DNA of 64,000 nucleotides from Macrostomum lignano. Its lineage: Eukaryota. Made by a program: the position numbers and the translations under genes. The notes under the pieces were generated by a model. It was not told the origin of the DNA. It did no database searches and saw only the letters and a program-made list of their open reading frames with translations. Where the stretch lies: the NCBI GenBank assembly GCA_002269645.1, contig NIVC01002949.1:1-64000 (forward strand), read 5' to 3'. Shown here piece by piece: positions 37,820 through 50,400 of this stretch. The number at the start of each line of letters is the position of its first letter. The first letter of the stretch is position 1.

Positions 37820-39089
37820 ATCCCCTCGTCAGCGCTCAGCCACCGGCGGCAGCGAGCTCGGCGCAGTCGAGGGCATCAGCAACAGCTTCCGCACCTGGAA
37901 GATCAAGCGAAACGACAAGCCAATCGGCTCCGGCTCGTTCGGCGTCGTCTACCGGGCATTCACGGACAAGAACCAGTTTGTAGCTGTCAAGGTGGTGAAG
38001 GTGGCGAACAGCGCCAACCCGCAGCAGCTCAAGCAGGCCATCCGCAACGAGGAGAAAGGCGTCCGGCTGCTCAGCCGGCTCAACCACCGCAACATCCTTC
38101 GCTTCCTGAAGACCGACCGCGACCATCTGGGGAATTTTCTCATCTTCACCGAGCTGCTGTCCGGCAACAGCCTGTCCGGCATTCTGGAGGAGTACGGCGT
38201 GCTCACCGAGGACGGAATCGTGAACTTCACCAGACAGGTTGGAATTGGGGAGAGTCTGGGATCTCGTAGAAATTTTCGGAGCAACAACGTTTAGGTTTTG
38301 CTGACCGAAGTTTTAGGTTCTGGCGACCGAAAAATGGGTTGTATATTTAAGAAGAATGGCAGCGGGGGGATTCCCGCTGATTTCAAAGTTCAATTGGCCT
38401 TTGACAATGTTCAATACTTGCTACTTATTAATTACTAATTACCGCAATGTTTTTTACGTACTCACTAGTCGCTACTTGCTAATTACTACCTACTAATCTA
38501 CTACTTACTACTTACTACCTACTACTTACTACTTACTACTTACTACTTACTACTTGCTACTCCCTGTTTACTATAGGAGCTCCCATTCAACTGAACTTCC
38601 CCGCAGATCTGCTCCGCCCTGGACTACATTCACACCTGCAACCCACCGGTGCTGCATCGCGATCTGAAGTGCTCAAACGTGATGCTGACTAACGAGGGCA
38701 TCATCAAACTGATCGACTTCGGCCTGGCCAAGGAGATCCTCACCTCCATCGCCTACAATCCCACTGGCATTGTTGGCACGCCGTGCTTCATCGCGCCCGA
38801 GATTCTGGACGGCCGGCATTTCACGGACAAATCGGACATCTGGTCGCTGGGCTGCACCCTGTTCGAGATGGCCACCGGGGCGCCGCCGAACGCCGACAAG
38901 CAGAGCGTCAACGCCGTGATGTTCGCCATCTGCAACAAGCCGATGCCCAAGATGCCGGTGCGGCACTCCCGCAACCTACACGCCTTCTACAATGCCTGCG
39001 TGCAGAAGCAGCCCAGGCTGCGGCCCTCAGCTGCCGAGCTGCTCAACTCACCGCTATTGAAGGCCGCTTCTACGCACACCGAAGTGTGA
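36247..39089 (+). CDS. Ankyrin-repeat + STE11/MAP3K-like Ser/Thr kinase (predicted single gene, 3 exons)
   Basis: Exon 36247-36953 encodes about 6 ankyrin repeats ([35 protein letters not shown]) and ends at donor AG|gtgagg (phase 2). It joins cgccag|G at 37298 (R-HIEESTM), runs to 38237, and continues at 38607-39089. The kinase has [30 protein letters not shown] and [14 protein letters not shown]. Confidence 0.8.
38465..38560. repeat. Microsatellite (ctactta)n
   Basis: Located in the kinase intron. Confidence 0.85.
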
Positions 39090-39274
39090 CGCAACCATTG
39101 ATTTCGCTTTGGTTGATTGAGGAAGATGCTGTTTCTCAATTGGTCACTCTTTGTCCTCCACGATGGAGTCTTTGTCAAGCCTACATTATTTAATTGTCTT
39201 CGTCGGGGGGGGGGTCTTTTCTTTCGAGATATTTGATCAAATAGTTTGGTCTTCGATTTTTCAAACCTAGAAAC

Positions 39275-39660
39275 GAATCAACAAAGGTCTTTGTCGGGCT
39301 ACTGTAGGTCTTTGTGAGAAACTTCAAATCAACAAAGGTCTTTGTCGGGCTACTGTAGAGTCTTTGTGAGAAACTTCAAATCAACAAAGGTCTTTGTCGG
39401 GCTACTGAAGAGTCTTTGTGAGAAACTTCAAATCAACAAAGGTCTTTGTCAGGCAACTGTAGAGTCTTTGTGAGAAACTTCAAATCAACAAAGGTCTTTG
39501 TCAGGCAACTGTAGAGTCTGTGAGAAACTTCAAATCAACAAAGGTCTTTGTCGTGCTACTGAAGAGTCTTTGTGAGAAACTTCAAATCAACAAAGGTCTT
39601 TGTCGGGCTTACTATAGAGTCTTTGTGAGAAACCTCAAATCAACAAAGATCTTTGTCGGG
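39275..39660. repeat. Minisatellite, ~52 bp unit (caaatcaacaaaggtctttgtcgggctactgtagagtctttgtgagaaactt)
   Basis: About 7 tandem copies. Confidence 0.93.
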
Positions 39661-40414
39661 TGTAGAGTACAAAGCGAACTTGATGTTGAAATAGGCCCAC
39701 TTCTTGGGCACCATTGTTGAAATCATATTAAAATTAGAAAAAATCTTCTAAACGTCTTCAGCCTACTTATCTTACCCTCTGATTTCTAGAAATTTCTATA
39801 AGTTCAACTCGATCTTGCTGGGAACTACAGTGCAATCAAACCCCCGCAGTGTCTTGCTGTGTCCTGTCATGCTTAACCATTTGACTGAGCAATGAGTATC
39901 AACTTTGCTTTCCTCTAACCCGTTTTCTCTCAATCCGCACTTGACTCGCTTCCTCAGAGAAAAGATGCACAAAAGACACCCGCCGATGTGCCTTCATTTT
40001 GCACCGTCAAGGTCTTTTAATTAGTGTTGAATTTGTCCAGTCCAAGGTTCACCCTATGGCTTACAGTAGCTGTGTGCTTGTTCGATAATTGAGTCTTATG
40101 CCTCCTTTTTTACTTGATACTCATTCCAACCTGTTCCATCCATCATTATTTTTGCTTTTTCGTCGTTATCCAGTTAGCAAATCCTTTTAATGAATCGATT
40201 TTTAAGCTTCTAACTTTGACTTAGTATAAAAGCAAGCAGTTCTCTGAGATAGTTCCTGTGCTAATAGACAATAAGTGCATCGGAAATATAGTCTTTACAG
40301 AACAGTTTTCAAGCTTACAATTGCGAGTGAAAATGCAGTACTTTACCAAGCAAACTTCTGCCTTAAGTAATGCTTCTGTATAATGCACTGACTGCCTCAG
40401 GTCTTTCCACAAAG

Positions 40415-42570
40415 GACCCTCACCCTCTGAATGTCCCCCAATCACCCTCACGCTGAATGTCCCCCAATCACCCTCACCCTCTGAATGTCCCCCAATCACC
40501 CTCACCCTCTGAATGTCCCCCAATCACCCTCACCCTCTGAATGTCCCCCAATCACCCTCACCCTCTGAATGTCCTCCAATCACCCTCACCCTCTGAATGT
40601 CCCCCAATCACCCTCACCCTCTGAATGTCCCCAATCACCCTCACCCTCTGAATGTCCCCCAATCACCCTCACCCTCTGAATGTCCCCCAATCACCCTCAC
40701 CCTCTGAATGTCCTCCAATCACCCTCACCCTCTGAATGTCCCCAATCACCCTCACCCTCTGAATGTCCCCCAATCACCCTCACCCTCTGAATGTCCTCCA
40801 ATCACCCTCACCCTCTGAATGTCCCCCAATCACCCTCACCCTCTGAATGTCCCCAATCACCCTCACCCTCTGAATGTCCCCCAATCACCCTCACCCTCTG
40901 AATGTCCTCCAATCACCCTCACCCTCTGAATGTCCCCCAATCACCCTCACCCTCTGAATGTCCCCCAATCACCCTCACCCTCTGAATGTCCCCCAATCAC
41001 CCTCACCCTCTGAATGTCCCCCAATCACCCTCACCCTCTGAATGTCCCCAATCACCCTCACCCTCTGAATGTCTTCCAATCACCCTCACCCTCTGAATGT
41101 CCCCCAATCACCCTCACCCTCTGAATGTCCTCCAATCACCCTCACCCTCTGAATGTCCCCCAATCACCCTCACCCTCTGAATGTCCCCCAATCACCCTCA
41201 CCCTCTGAATGTCCCCAATCACCCTCACCCTCTGAATGTCCCCCAATCACCCTCACCCTCTGAATGTCCCCCAATCACCCTCACCCTCTGAATGTCCCCC
41301 AATCACCCTCACCCTCTGAATGTCCTCCAATCACCCTCACCCTCTGAATGTCCCCCAATCACCCTCACCCTCTGAATGTCCCCCAATCACCCTCACCCTC
41401 TGAATGTCCTCCAATCACCCTCACCCTCTGAATGTTCCCCAATCACCCTCACCCTCTGAATGTCCCCCAATCACCCTCACCCTCTGAATGTCTTCCAATC
41501 ACCCTCACCCTCTGAATGTCCCCCAATCACCCTCACCCTCTGAATGTCCTCCAATCACCCTCACCCTCTGAATGTCCCCCAATCACCCTCACCCTCTGAA
41601 TGTCCCCCAATCACCCTCACCCTCTGAATGTCCTCCAATCACCCTCACCCTCTGAATGTCCCCCAATCACCCTCACCCTCTGAATGTCCCCCAATCACCC
41701 TCACCCTCTGAATGTCCCCCAATCACCCTCACCCTCTGAATGTCCTCCAATCACCCTCACCCTCTGAATGTCCCCCAATCACCCTCACCCTCTGAATGTC
41801 CCCAATCACCCTCACCCTCTGAATGTCCCCCAATCACCCTCACCCTCTGAATGTCCCCCAATCACCCTCACCCTCTGAATGTCCTCCAATCACCCTCACC
41901 CTCTGAATGTCCCCCAATCACCCTCACCCTCTGAATGTCCCCCAATCACCCTCACCCTCTGAATGTCCTCCAATCACCCTCACCCTCTGAATGTTCCCCA
42001 ATCACCCTCACCCTCTGAATGTCCCCCAATCACCCTCACCCTCTGAATGTCTTCCAATCACCCTCACCCTCTGAATGTCCCCCAATCACCCTCACCCTCT
42101 GAATGTCCTCCAATCACCCTCACCCTCTGAATGTCCCCCAATCACCCTCACCCTCTGAATGTCCCCCAATCACCCTCACCCTCTGAATGTCCTCCAATCA
42201 CCCTCACCCTCTGAATGTCCCCCAATCACCCTCACCCTCTGAATGTCCTCCAATCACACTCACCCTCTGAATGTCCCCCAATCACCCTCACCCTCTGAAT
42301 GTCCTCCAATCACCCTCACGCTGAATGAAGTTCCCCCAATCACTCTCACCCCAAAAGAATCCCTCTCACCCCCAATCACTCTCACCCCAATCACTCTCAC
42401 CCCAATCACTCTCACCCCAATCACTCTCACCCCCAATCACCCTCACCCCCAATCACTCTCACCCCCAATCACTCTCACCCCCAATCACTCTCACCCCCAA
42501 TCACTCTCACCCCCAATCACTCTCACCCCCAATCACTCTCACCCCCAAAATCCCTGTCACCCCCAATGTC
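40415..42570. repeat. Minisatellite, 28 bp unit (ccctcaccctctgaatgtcccccaatca), collapsing to a 16-17 bp unit at the 3' end
   Basis: About 68 copies of the long unit, then ccccaatcactctcac units from about 42340. Confidence 0.97.
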
Positions 42571-43642
42571 CTCACTGTCACCTTTTGACCAGATTTGACT
42601 GTGTATAATTGTTATGTTGTTGTCAATGTTTAAATAAAAATGTCAATAGATTACTCGTACACTCAACAGACTACTAACAGTACAAACATGTGCATTTGAG
42701 GCCAGTATAAATATAGAGATATCATGTGCCGCAAATGATGAAGCATGAATTTGAAACTGCTTGTCTCCTCCACTCCGCATGCAGCCAGCCTCGCTCGCAA
42801 AGAGCTGCTCGAAGCCCCATTATGTCTGTCAGTCAGTCCCTCTCCGTTTCCCCAGTTTTTTGTCTCTGTCTCCCCTCCTCCTCTCTCTCTGTCTGTCTGT
42901 CTGTCTCCTCTCCTGTCCAAATCTGATTGGCCTGGCGGCTGCCATTCACGGAGAGGCGGGTTGGCGAGACGCTGGGAATGGCGAGACGCCGGACAGGCGG
43001 GAATAAAACTGTAGGGGGGGGGGGGTGGCCGCTAATGCACGCATAGACCTATTATTGAGAGATACAGCGGCTCAGAGCCGGGCATAGGTAGGGTAGGAGA
43101 GAATCCCACCACTGTCACCGCGTATTCAGTAGCCAACCTGCCAGCGTAAGAAGACAGCGACACGGAGGGACGGAGAGCACGCGTCAGGTAACTCAATCCC
43201 CTTCGTTTCCATCACCCCTGTTTCACCTGCAGCTCGCCTGGCCCCAGAAAGCCAGCCAGCCTGCCGCCTGTTTTTTCTCTACTCAAGCCTCACTACTCTC
43301 ACTGCCCCCATTCCTGAATTCCCCTTCGCATTGTTGCCTCTGTTTGCCAAGCCCGCACGGCCCATGCAGACGCCAGCTCAAACAAAGCAGCTGCATCTCG
43401 CGCACCTGTTCGCCGTACCGTCCAACCCCCCCCCCAAATCCTCTCTAGCTATTCACCTCACCTGAATCCTTCTGTCTTCTGACTCTGCAAGACTCCCCTC
43501 ATCCACCCCCTCCACCGATACTCAACTCGCCAGCCTGCACCTGCCGCCCGGCGATGCCGAAAGAGCTCCCGAAGCAGCAGCAGCAGCAACCGGAGACTGC
43601 ACGTCGTTGACGACTTTGCGTGTTGGACTTGGCAACTCGGCA

Positions 43643-44449
43643 ATGGCCTGCCACTGCCACTTGCCTGTTGTTGCTTTTGCAGCTCTCTGTCTTCTGACAA
43701 CGGTTTGCTCTGGTGAGTAGCTCGTACAGCTGGCTTCATGGATAATTGGGACTCGGGTATCGAGACTCGGGTATCGGGACTCGGGTATCGGGACTCGGGT
43801 ATCGGGACTCGGGTATCGGGACTCGTGTATCGGGACTCGGGTATCGGGACTCGGGTATCGGGACTCGTGTATCGGGACTCGGGTATCGGGACTCGGGTAT
43901 CGGGACTCGGGTATCGGGACTCGGGTATCGGGACTCGGGTATCGGGACTCGGGTATCGGGACTCGGGTATCGCTCGCAACGTCCTACTACCTCAGCTGTT
44001 CCCATCAATTATTTATCAGGGCAGGCCAAAACCGATTCTGCACTCGTAGCTCAGATTTCAATCTCGAAATTAATCTTTCGAATGCATTCAGAAAGCTCGA
44101 GAGAGAGGAGGGAAAAGCGGTTCGTCCCAAAAAAAGTACATTGAATGCCCTGTCAAGCTGCTAGTCGAATTTTCCTCGCCCCCCCCCGATTTGGAGATCC
44201 CCGCCTTCGCCTGTCAAGCAAAGAATAAATCTCAAATATTTCTCCCCCACTCGATAATCCCCGATCGTGCCATTCCTCTTTCAAGCCGTTTCTACAGTAA
44301 AATACGCATTTAAACGAGAAAAAATTCTTTTATAACCTTGGCATGGCAACTGGGTCCTGCCTTTATCCCCCTCACCATTCCTTTTCTCCTCTCTCCGCTG
44401 CTCTCACTTTCGAATTTGGGGGGGGGGGTTCGAGCTATGTGCGCATGTG

Positions 44450-44484
<35 letters not shown>

Positions 44485-47400
44485 CTGGTCCTCATAAAAT
44501 ATGGAGGAAAAATGCCTTTCTCAGAGTCCCCCTACGGCAAGAGTTATAGTACGCTGTAGCAACCTGTAGTGAGGGAAGCATTGACCCGCTGCCTGTCCGG
44601 CCCTTTCAGCTTCTTTATCGTCTGGTTTATTGCGGACTAAAAAAGGGGCACAGAGTATTAAGATACACAATCCTAAGGCTTCCTGTCCTAGCAACTAAAA
44701 GCACCAATTACTTGGGGACTAGGCCAATTACCGGAATTACCTCCGTTTGGTAAATCAATTGATATTTCTTAGAAAATGTTTACAGATTACAATTCAACCT
44801 AATATTGGTGCAGATGGACGCTGTGAATTGTGAATTGCTCAAAGGCAGAGTTTTCCCTAGAATCAAAGAGTTTAATCAAACTACATAAGCTATTTATAGG
44901 CTTCGAGGCCACTATATAGCTGTTGTCACGCCAACTTCCCTCCAGAGACTGCGGACTAATCAGTGTGAGTTTGTCCAACTCAGATTTTCTTGTTGAATTC
45001 GGGTACAAAATTAATCCTACTACAAAAATGGTGACATCTATACGCTAGGGCTTGCAGAGTAAGGTTAGAGAAAAGCAATGATTGCATGTAGTTTGCAGCA
45101 GAAAGTTTTTGCCTATTCTGTACCTTCCCAAGAGAATTGTTCCGGCCCTTATCCCTTTGGTCTCTTGTGAAATTTCCATTCTTCATTTTTATCTTCCCGC
45201 TCTCGCTTCGATCGGTTCAAAAGTAATACGCGATCACGCACTTGGCGAGTGGGCGCGACCTTGAGAGCGGATCACGTGATTTGCTAAGATTCGCATTCTT
45301 AGAAAACACTACTGATTGTGTGTATAGTACTTTGTTGTTCAAGTTTCAGTCCCTTGTTGCTTCTGAAAACATGCGTAGCTGCAGCGCCTCCTAAGTCATT
45401 AATAATTAATTACCCCGCAGTAGATGAGAAAAGAGTGGAACAGATCCCAGCCGAGGTCAGTAAAAACTTGTTGACTCCCAGGTCAGTCGGTAGTCGCGCT
45501 CACAATGCTGAGGTCGCTCTCAGGTGTCAGACTGTTGGCACCTTGGCTTGGCTTGGCTATGACGGTCTGAAGTGTCGCTGAAGAGCCACTCCTAGCTGAA
45601 TAATTGGATCCTCAGCTGACTGACTTTCTGCATGGAAGGTTGAGCAGTGGAGCCGTGACTCTATCGTCTTCTTGGGCTCGATTCTGCATTCATTTCACGC
45701 ACTTTGGGGGCCAAGTGATAAGTGTAGGGATTTTTTATTTACAGTATGCATACCTGACGATGAGAAGGTCAAGGTAGTCATGTACACCCTGTACACCCTG
45801 TAACACACTGTACACCCTTGTACACCCTGTACACCCCTAAACCCTGTACACCCCTATACAACCCTGTACACTCCTATACACCCTGTACACCCTGTAAACC
45901 CTGTACACCCTGTACACCCTGTACACCCTGTACACCCTGTACACCTTGTACACCCTGTACACCCCTATACAATCCTGTACACCCCTATACACCCTGTACA
46001 CCCTGTACACCCTGTACACACTGTACATCTTTTACACCTTGCACCCTGTGCACCCTGTACACCCCTGTACACCCTTTAGACTCCTGTACATCCTGTAAAC
46101 CCTGTACACCCTGTACACCCTGTACATCTTGTACACCCTGCACCCTGTGCACCCTGTACACCCTGTACACCCCTGTACACCCCTGTACACCCTCAAAACT
46201 CACAGGCCTCGAGGCGGACTTCGCCTGCGGCGGCTCGAACACGCCGATCCGACTAGTTGGCGAGATGGACGAGTCCCGGTTCTCCGCCAGCTCGAGCTAC
46301 GCCAACTACCTGCCTTATAAGGCCAGGTGAGAGCTGAATGGGATTATGCCTGAACCTATTCGATCGCCATGGTAACTACCTGGTGATAAGTCAGTGAGGT
46401 GTCTTTAAAACTTTATAAACTCTCGATACCACGTATCGTCAGAGTCGAAAATTCTCGACAACACCACAGGGATTGTAGCCTAGTGGTTAGAGCGTCAGAC
46501 TCACGACTTGAAGGTCGGGGGTTCGATTCTCGAATCCACTCGGAACAATTTGTGTCCTTGAGCAAGACACTTAACTCCCACCCAGCTGTAAAATTGGGTG
46601 CCAGCATTAGCTGGGGTAATTGAGGGTGTGTGTGGCGACTCCCCAGTCCTTGGACTGAACAGCCTTCTAGTTGTCCTTGGATTCATGCCCATGAGGGCAA
46701 CCCCCCCCCCCCAAGGCACAGAGAGAGTACATTCCTGACGATTGGAAAGTCAGGACCGCTGTACACCCTGTGTGAGCTGTTTGTATGAGTGCGTGCCTTC
46801 ATACAGCATTGGCGCGCTTGTGTATGCTCAGGAACCAGCGAAGGCGTTTCACCCAAGTGCCCACAGGTCTACTGAGGTATTTTTTATCCTATGAGATCCA
46901 GCCAGAGGGTTAACCAGAAGGTTTCCCGACACTGCTCAACATACAGGGTGACCAATGACGGCAACATCGACAAAGCCTGGTGCCCCTCAGTGAGCTTGCA
47001 GCCGCACCAACTCACCGAGTGGATCAGCGTGCAGTTCGACTCGGTCAAGATTATCAACAACCTGCTGACTGTGCCCAGGCAGCACCGGTCTGTTGAGCTG
47101 GTGAGCCCGCTGCGGTTGATTGCGGATGATAATGCCCCCGATAGGGGTGTTTAATTCCCTCGGCAAAAGTGATAATTCCCCCGATAGTGGTGTTTTATTC
47201 CCCCAGCAAGAGTGATAATTCCCCCGATAGTGGTGTTTTATTCCCCCGGCAAAAGTGATAATTCCCCCGATAGTGGTGTTTCATTCCCCCGGCAAAAGTG
47301 ATAATTCCCCCGATAGTGGTGTTTAATTCCCTCGGCAAAAGTAATAATTCCCCCGATAGTGGTGTTTTATTCCCCCCGGCAAAAGTAATAATTCCCCCGA

Positions 47401-50400
47401 TAGTGGTGTTTAATTCCCTCGGCAAAAGTAATAATTCCCCCGATAGTGGTGTTTAATTCCCTCGGCAAAAGTAATAATTCCCCCGATAGTGGTGTTTTAT
47501 TCCCCCCGGCAAAAGTAATAATTCCCCCGATAGTGGTGTTTAATTCCCTCGGCAAAAGTAATAATTCCCCCGATAGTGGTGTTTAATTCCCTCGGCAAAA
47601 GTAATAATTCCCCCAATAGTGGTGTTTCATTCCCTCGGCAAAAGTAATAATTCCCCCAATAGTGGTGTTTTATTCCCCCGGCAAAAGTGATAATTCCCCC
47701 CGATAGTGGTGTTTTATTCCCCCGGCAAAAGTGATAATTCCCCCGATAGTGGTGTTCAATTCCCTCGGCAAAAGTGATAATTCCCCCGATAGTGGTGTTT
47801 TATTCCCCCAGCAAGAGTGATAATTCCCCCGATAGTGGTGTTTTATTCCCCCGGCAAAAGTAATAATTCCCCCAATAGTGGTGTTTTATTCCCCCGGCAA
47901 AAGTGATAATTCCCCCGATAGTGGTGTTTTATTCCCCCAGCAAGAGTGATAATTCCCCCGATAGTGGTGTTTTATTCCCCCGGCAAAAGTAATAATTCCC
48001 CCAATAGTGGTGTTTTATTCCCCCGGCAAAAGTGATAATTCCCCCGATAGTGGTGTTTTATTCCCCCAGCAAGAATGATAATTCCCCCGGTAGTGGTGTT
48101 TTATTCCCCCGGCAAAAGTGATAATTCCCCTGATTAATGGCCATAATTTATCCTGATAACGGTGATAATTCCCCTGATGATACTGATAATTCCCTGGTAA
48201 TGGCGATTATTCCCCTGACAAATTGATAATTCTCCTGATAGTAGTGATAATTCCCTAATAATAACGATAATTCCCTTGAGTATGTCCTTAATTCTCTTAT
48301 CAAGTTGATAATTCCTCTGACACGATGCATAATTCCCCGATATAAATTTGAATCACCATTTATTGCGAGTACTTCGATAAATTTCGACAATTACCCTGAC
48401 AGGATAAAACCGACAATTCAAGGCAGAATTTTCTTGTACATGTAGCTGGTCTCCTAGAATTTGACTCATTCTTGTACATGTAGCTGGTCTCCTAGAATTT
48501 GACTCATTCTTGTACATGTAGCTGGTCTCCTAGAATTTGACTCATTCTTGTACATTTAGCTGGTCTCCTAGAATTCGACTCATTCTTGTACATGTAGCTG
48601 GTCTCCTAGAATTCGACTCATTCTTTTCTGATCTTGTCTGTTGATGGTCGCCGCCCGAATCGCCATCGCTTCAAGCTGTCAACTTCAATGCAGGCTGAGA
48701 CTGACAGTGTCTCCGGGGCAGACAGGCAGTGAGTCACTGCGGCCTGACGCGGCGCTAATAAATAATTATCGTGCACAGACCATCAAGCCAACCAGCCAGT
48801 TGATCGAGCGGAATTTGAACAATAATTATATTATCATAATAATTACTCAAGTTAACAAATATGCTTAATTCTCTACTTTTTCCCTGTCTCCCCAGTGTTG
48901 TAATGGATAAATAATATAGGAAGAACATTGTAGCATGCCGGCAGCAGCTGCTGGAGCTGACAGGCTTAAAAGAAGATTATGTTTCTCCCTTATTTTCCTG
49001 GCACGACCTGGGGAAGAGAGGCGGAGGCCCTCTGGTGCTATGGATATTTTCCCCTATTATTTCTTCCCATATAACTGCTGGCGGTCCCGGCTGGCTGAGC
49101 AGCAATCGGCCATTTTCCATGGCGGCAGGAGCTCAGAGGGGGGGAGGCTGGGGACTACCGGAGGCTCCGCCCAGTGCCCCATCTTTATTCACTGCTCTGC
49201 AGCATCTGTAGGCAGATGGATTATCGCCTAAGGGCTTCTCAAGCCCGCCTGTCTGCTCTGCTGTCGGCATCTCCTCCTCCCGCTCTGCCTTACCCTCATC
49301 GTCTCACTCTCATATCTCCATGCCTACAGCTGCAGAGATAAGAACAAAACAATCACTTCTGCCTTCGCCCTCCTCCCCCCGCCTGTCTCAGAAGAATTCG
49401 CTTCAGGGTTGGGGATGTGCGGGCTTGGGAACTGTGGATGCAGGATTTATCTGACTGGGATTTCTGCTGAGCTGTAGAAATGAATTTTCAAATCAGCCGA
49501 GCGTCGCCACAGATTTTATGGTGGGGGGGGGGTGCCGAAGTGACGCCCAAAATTGAGAATTTTTCTTGCCTAACAGGTGCATTGCCAGCTGGATGCTGAC
49601 TTTCGCTACAAAATGATAGTAATAGTAATCATAACAAGGAACTTAACAACTCAGGACGCTACACTCGCGAATGGTAGAAATTCTAGAAAAGGCCGCTTGC
49701 TTTAGCTGTGTCTATGGCAATGAAGCCTTTTCACTAACATTTTTTCATATTCTCAATGCTGGTTCAGACCAGCACTGCTGGTTTGTAGCAATAATTTGTT
49801 TCGTCTAAAATCTTGATAAATAGCAACACTCTTTTCATCAAAATGTCAATGAAGTGCTGCATCCCTGGATGCAGAAGCAATTATAAGAGCGGTGAAAAAT
49901 GCACTGTTTTTGGCTTTCCAAAGGAAGAAGCTGAAGCTGTGGCATGGCTCAATGCGTTGCCTGTGCAAGTTAAGGTAATTTATGTAGCCTTTTGAACCTA
50001 ATTTTTCGTTTCTACTATGAAGATACTTATATTAACTGAATTGTGATGATCATTTCATTCTATCTGTAGAAGGCTAGCATCTACATGGGAGTCTGCAAAA
50101 ATCACTGGCCTGAAAATGCACCACTGAAACGAATTAACCGCCATACACGCCCCATCGACCCAACCTTTTCTAGAATTTCTACCATTCGCGAGTGTAGCGT
50201 CCTGAGTTGTTAAGTAGTCCTAGAATCATAATCATAATCATGATCAAAATCATAATCAAAATAGTTGATTGCACCTGCCCCAATTCGAGCAGATATGCAA
50301 CCGACAGCTCAGCCGCAGCTATTTGCGCGGCGCATCTGAAGGCTGCGTACGGCTGTTCAGTCCAAGGACTGGGGGGTCGCCACACACACCCTCAATTACC

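Noticed and set aside
46469-46545. tRNA gene
   Set aside because: The A/B boxes are followed by a SINE body rather than an acceptor stem and terminator, and a second diverged copy exists, so it is treated as a SINE head.
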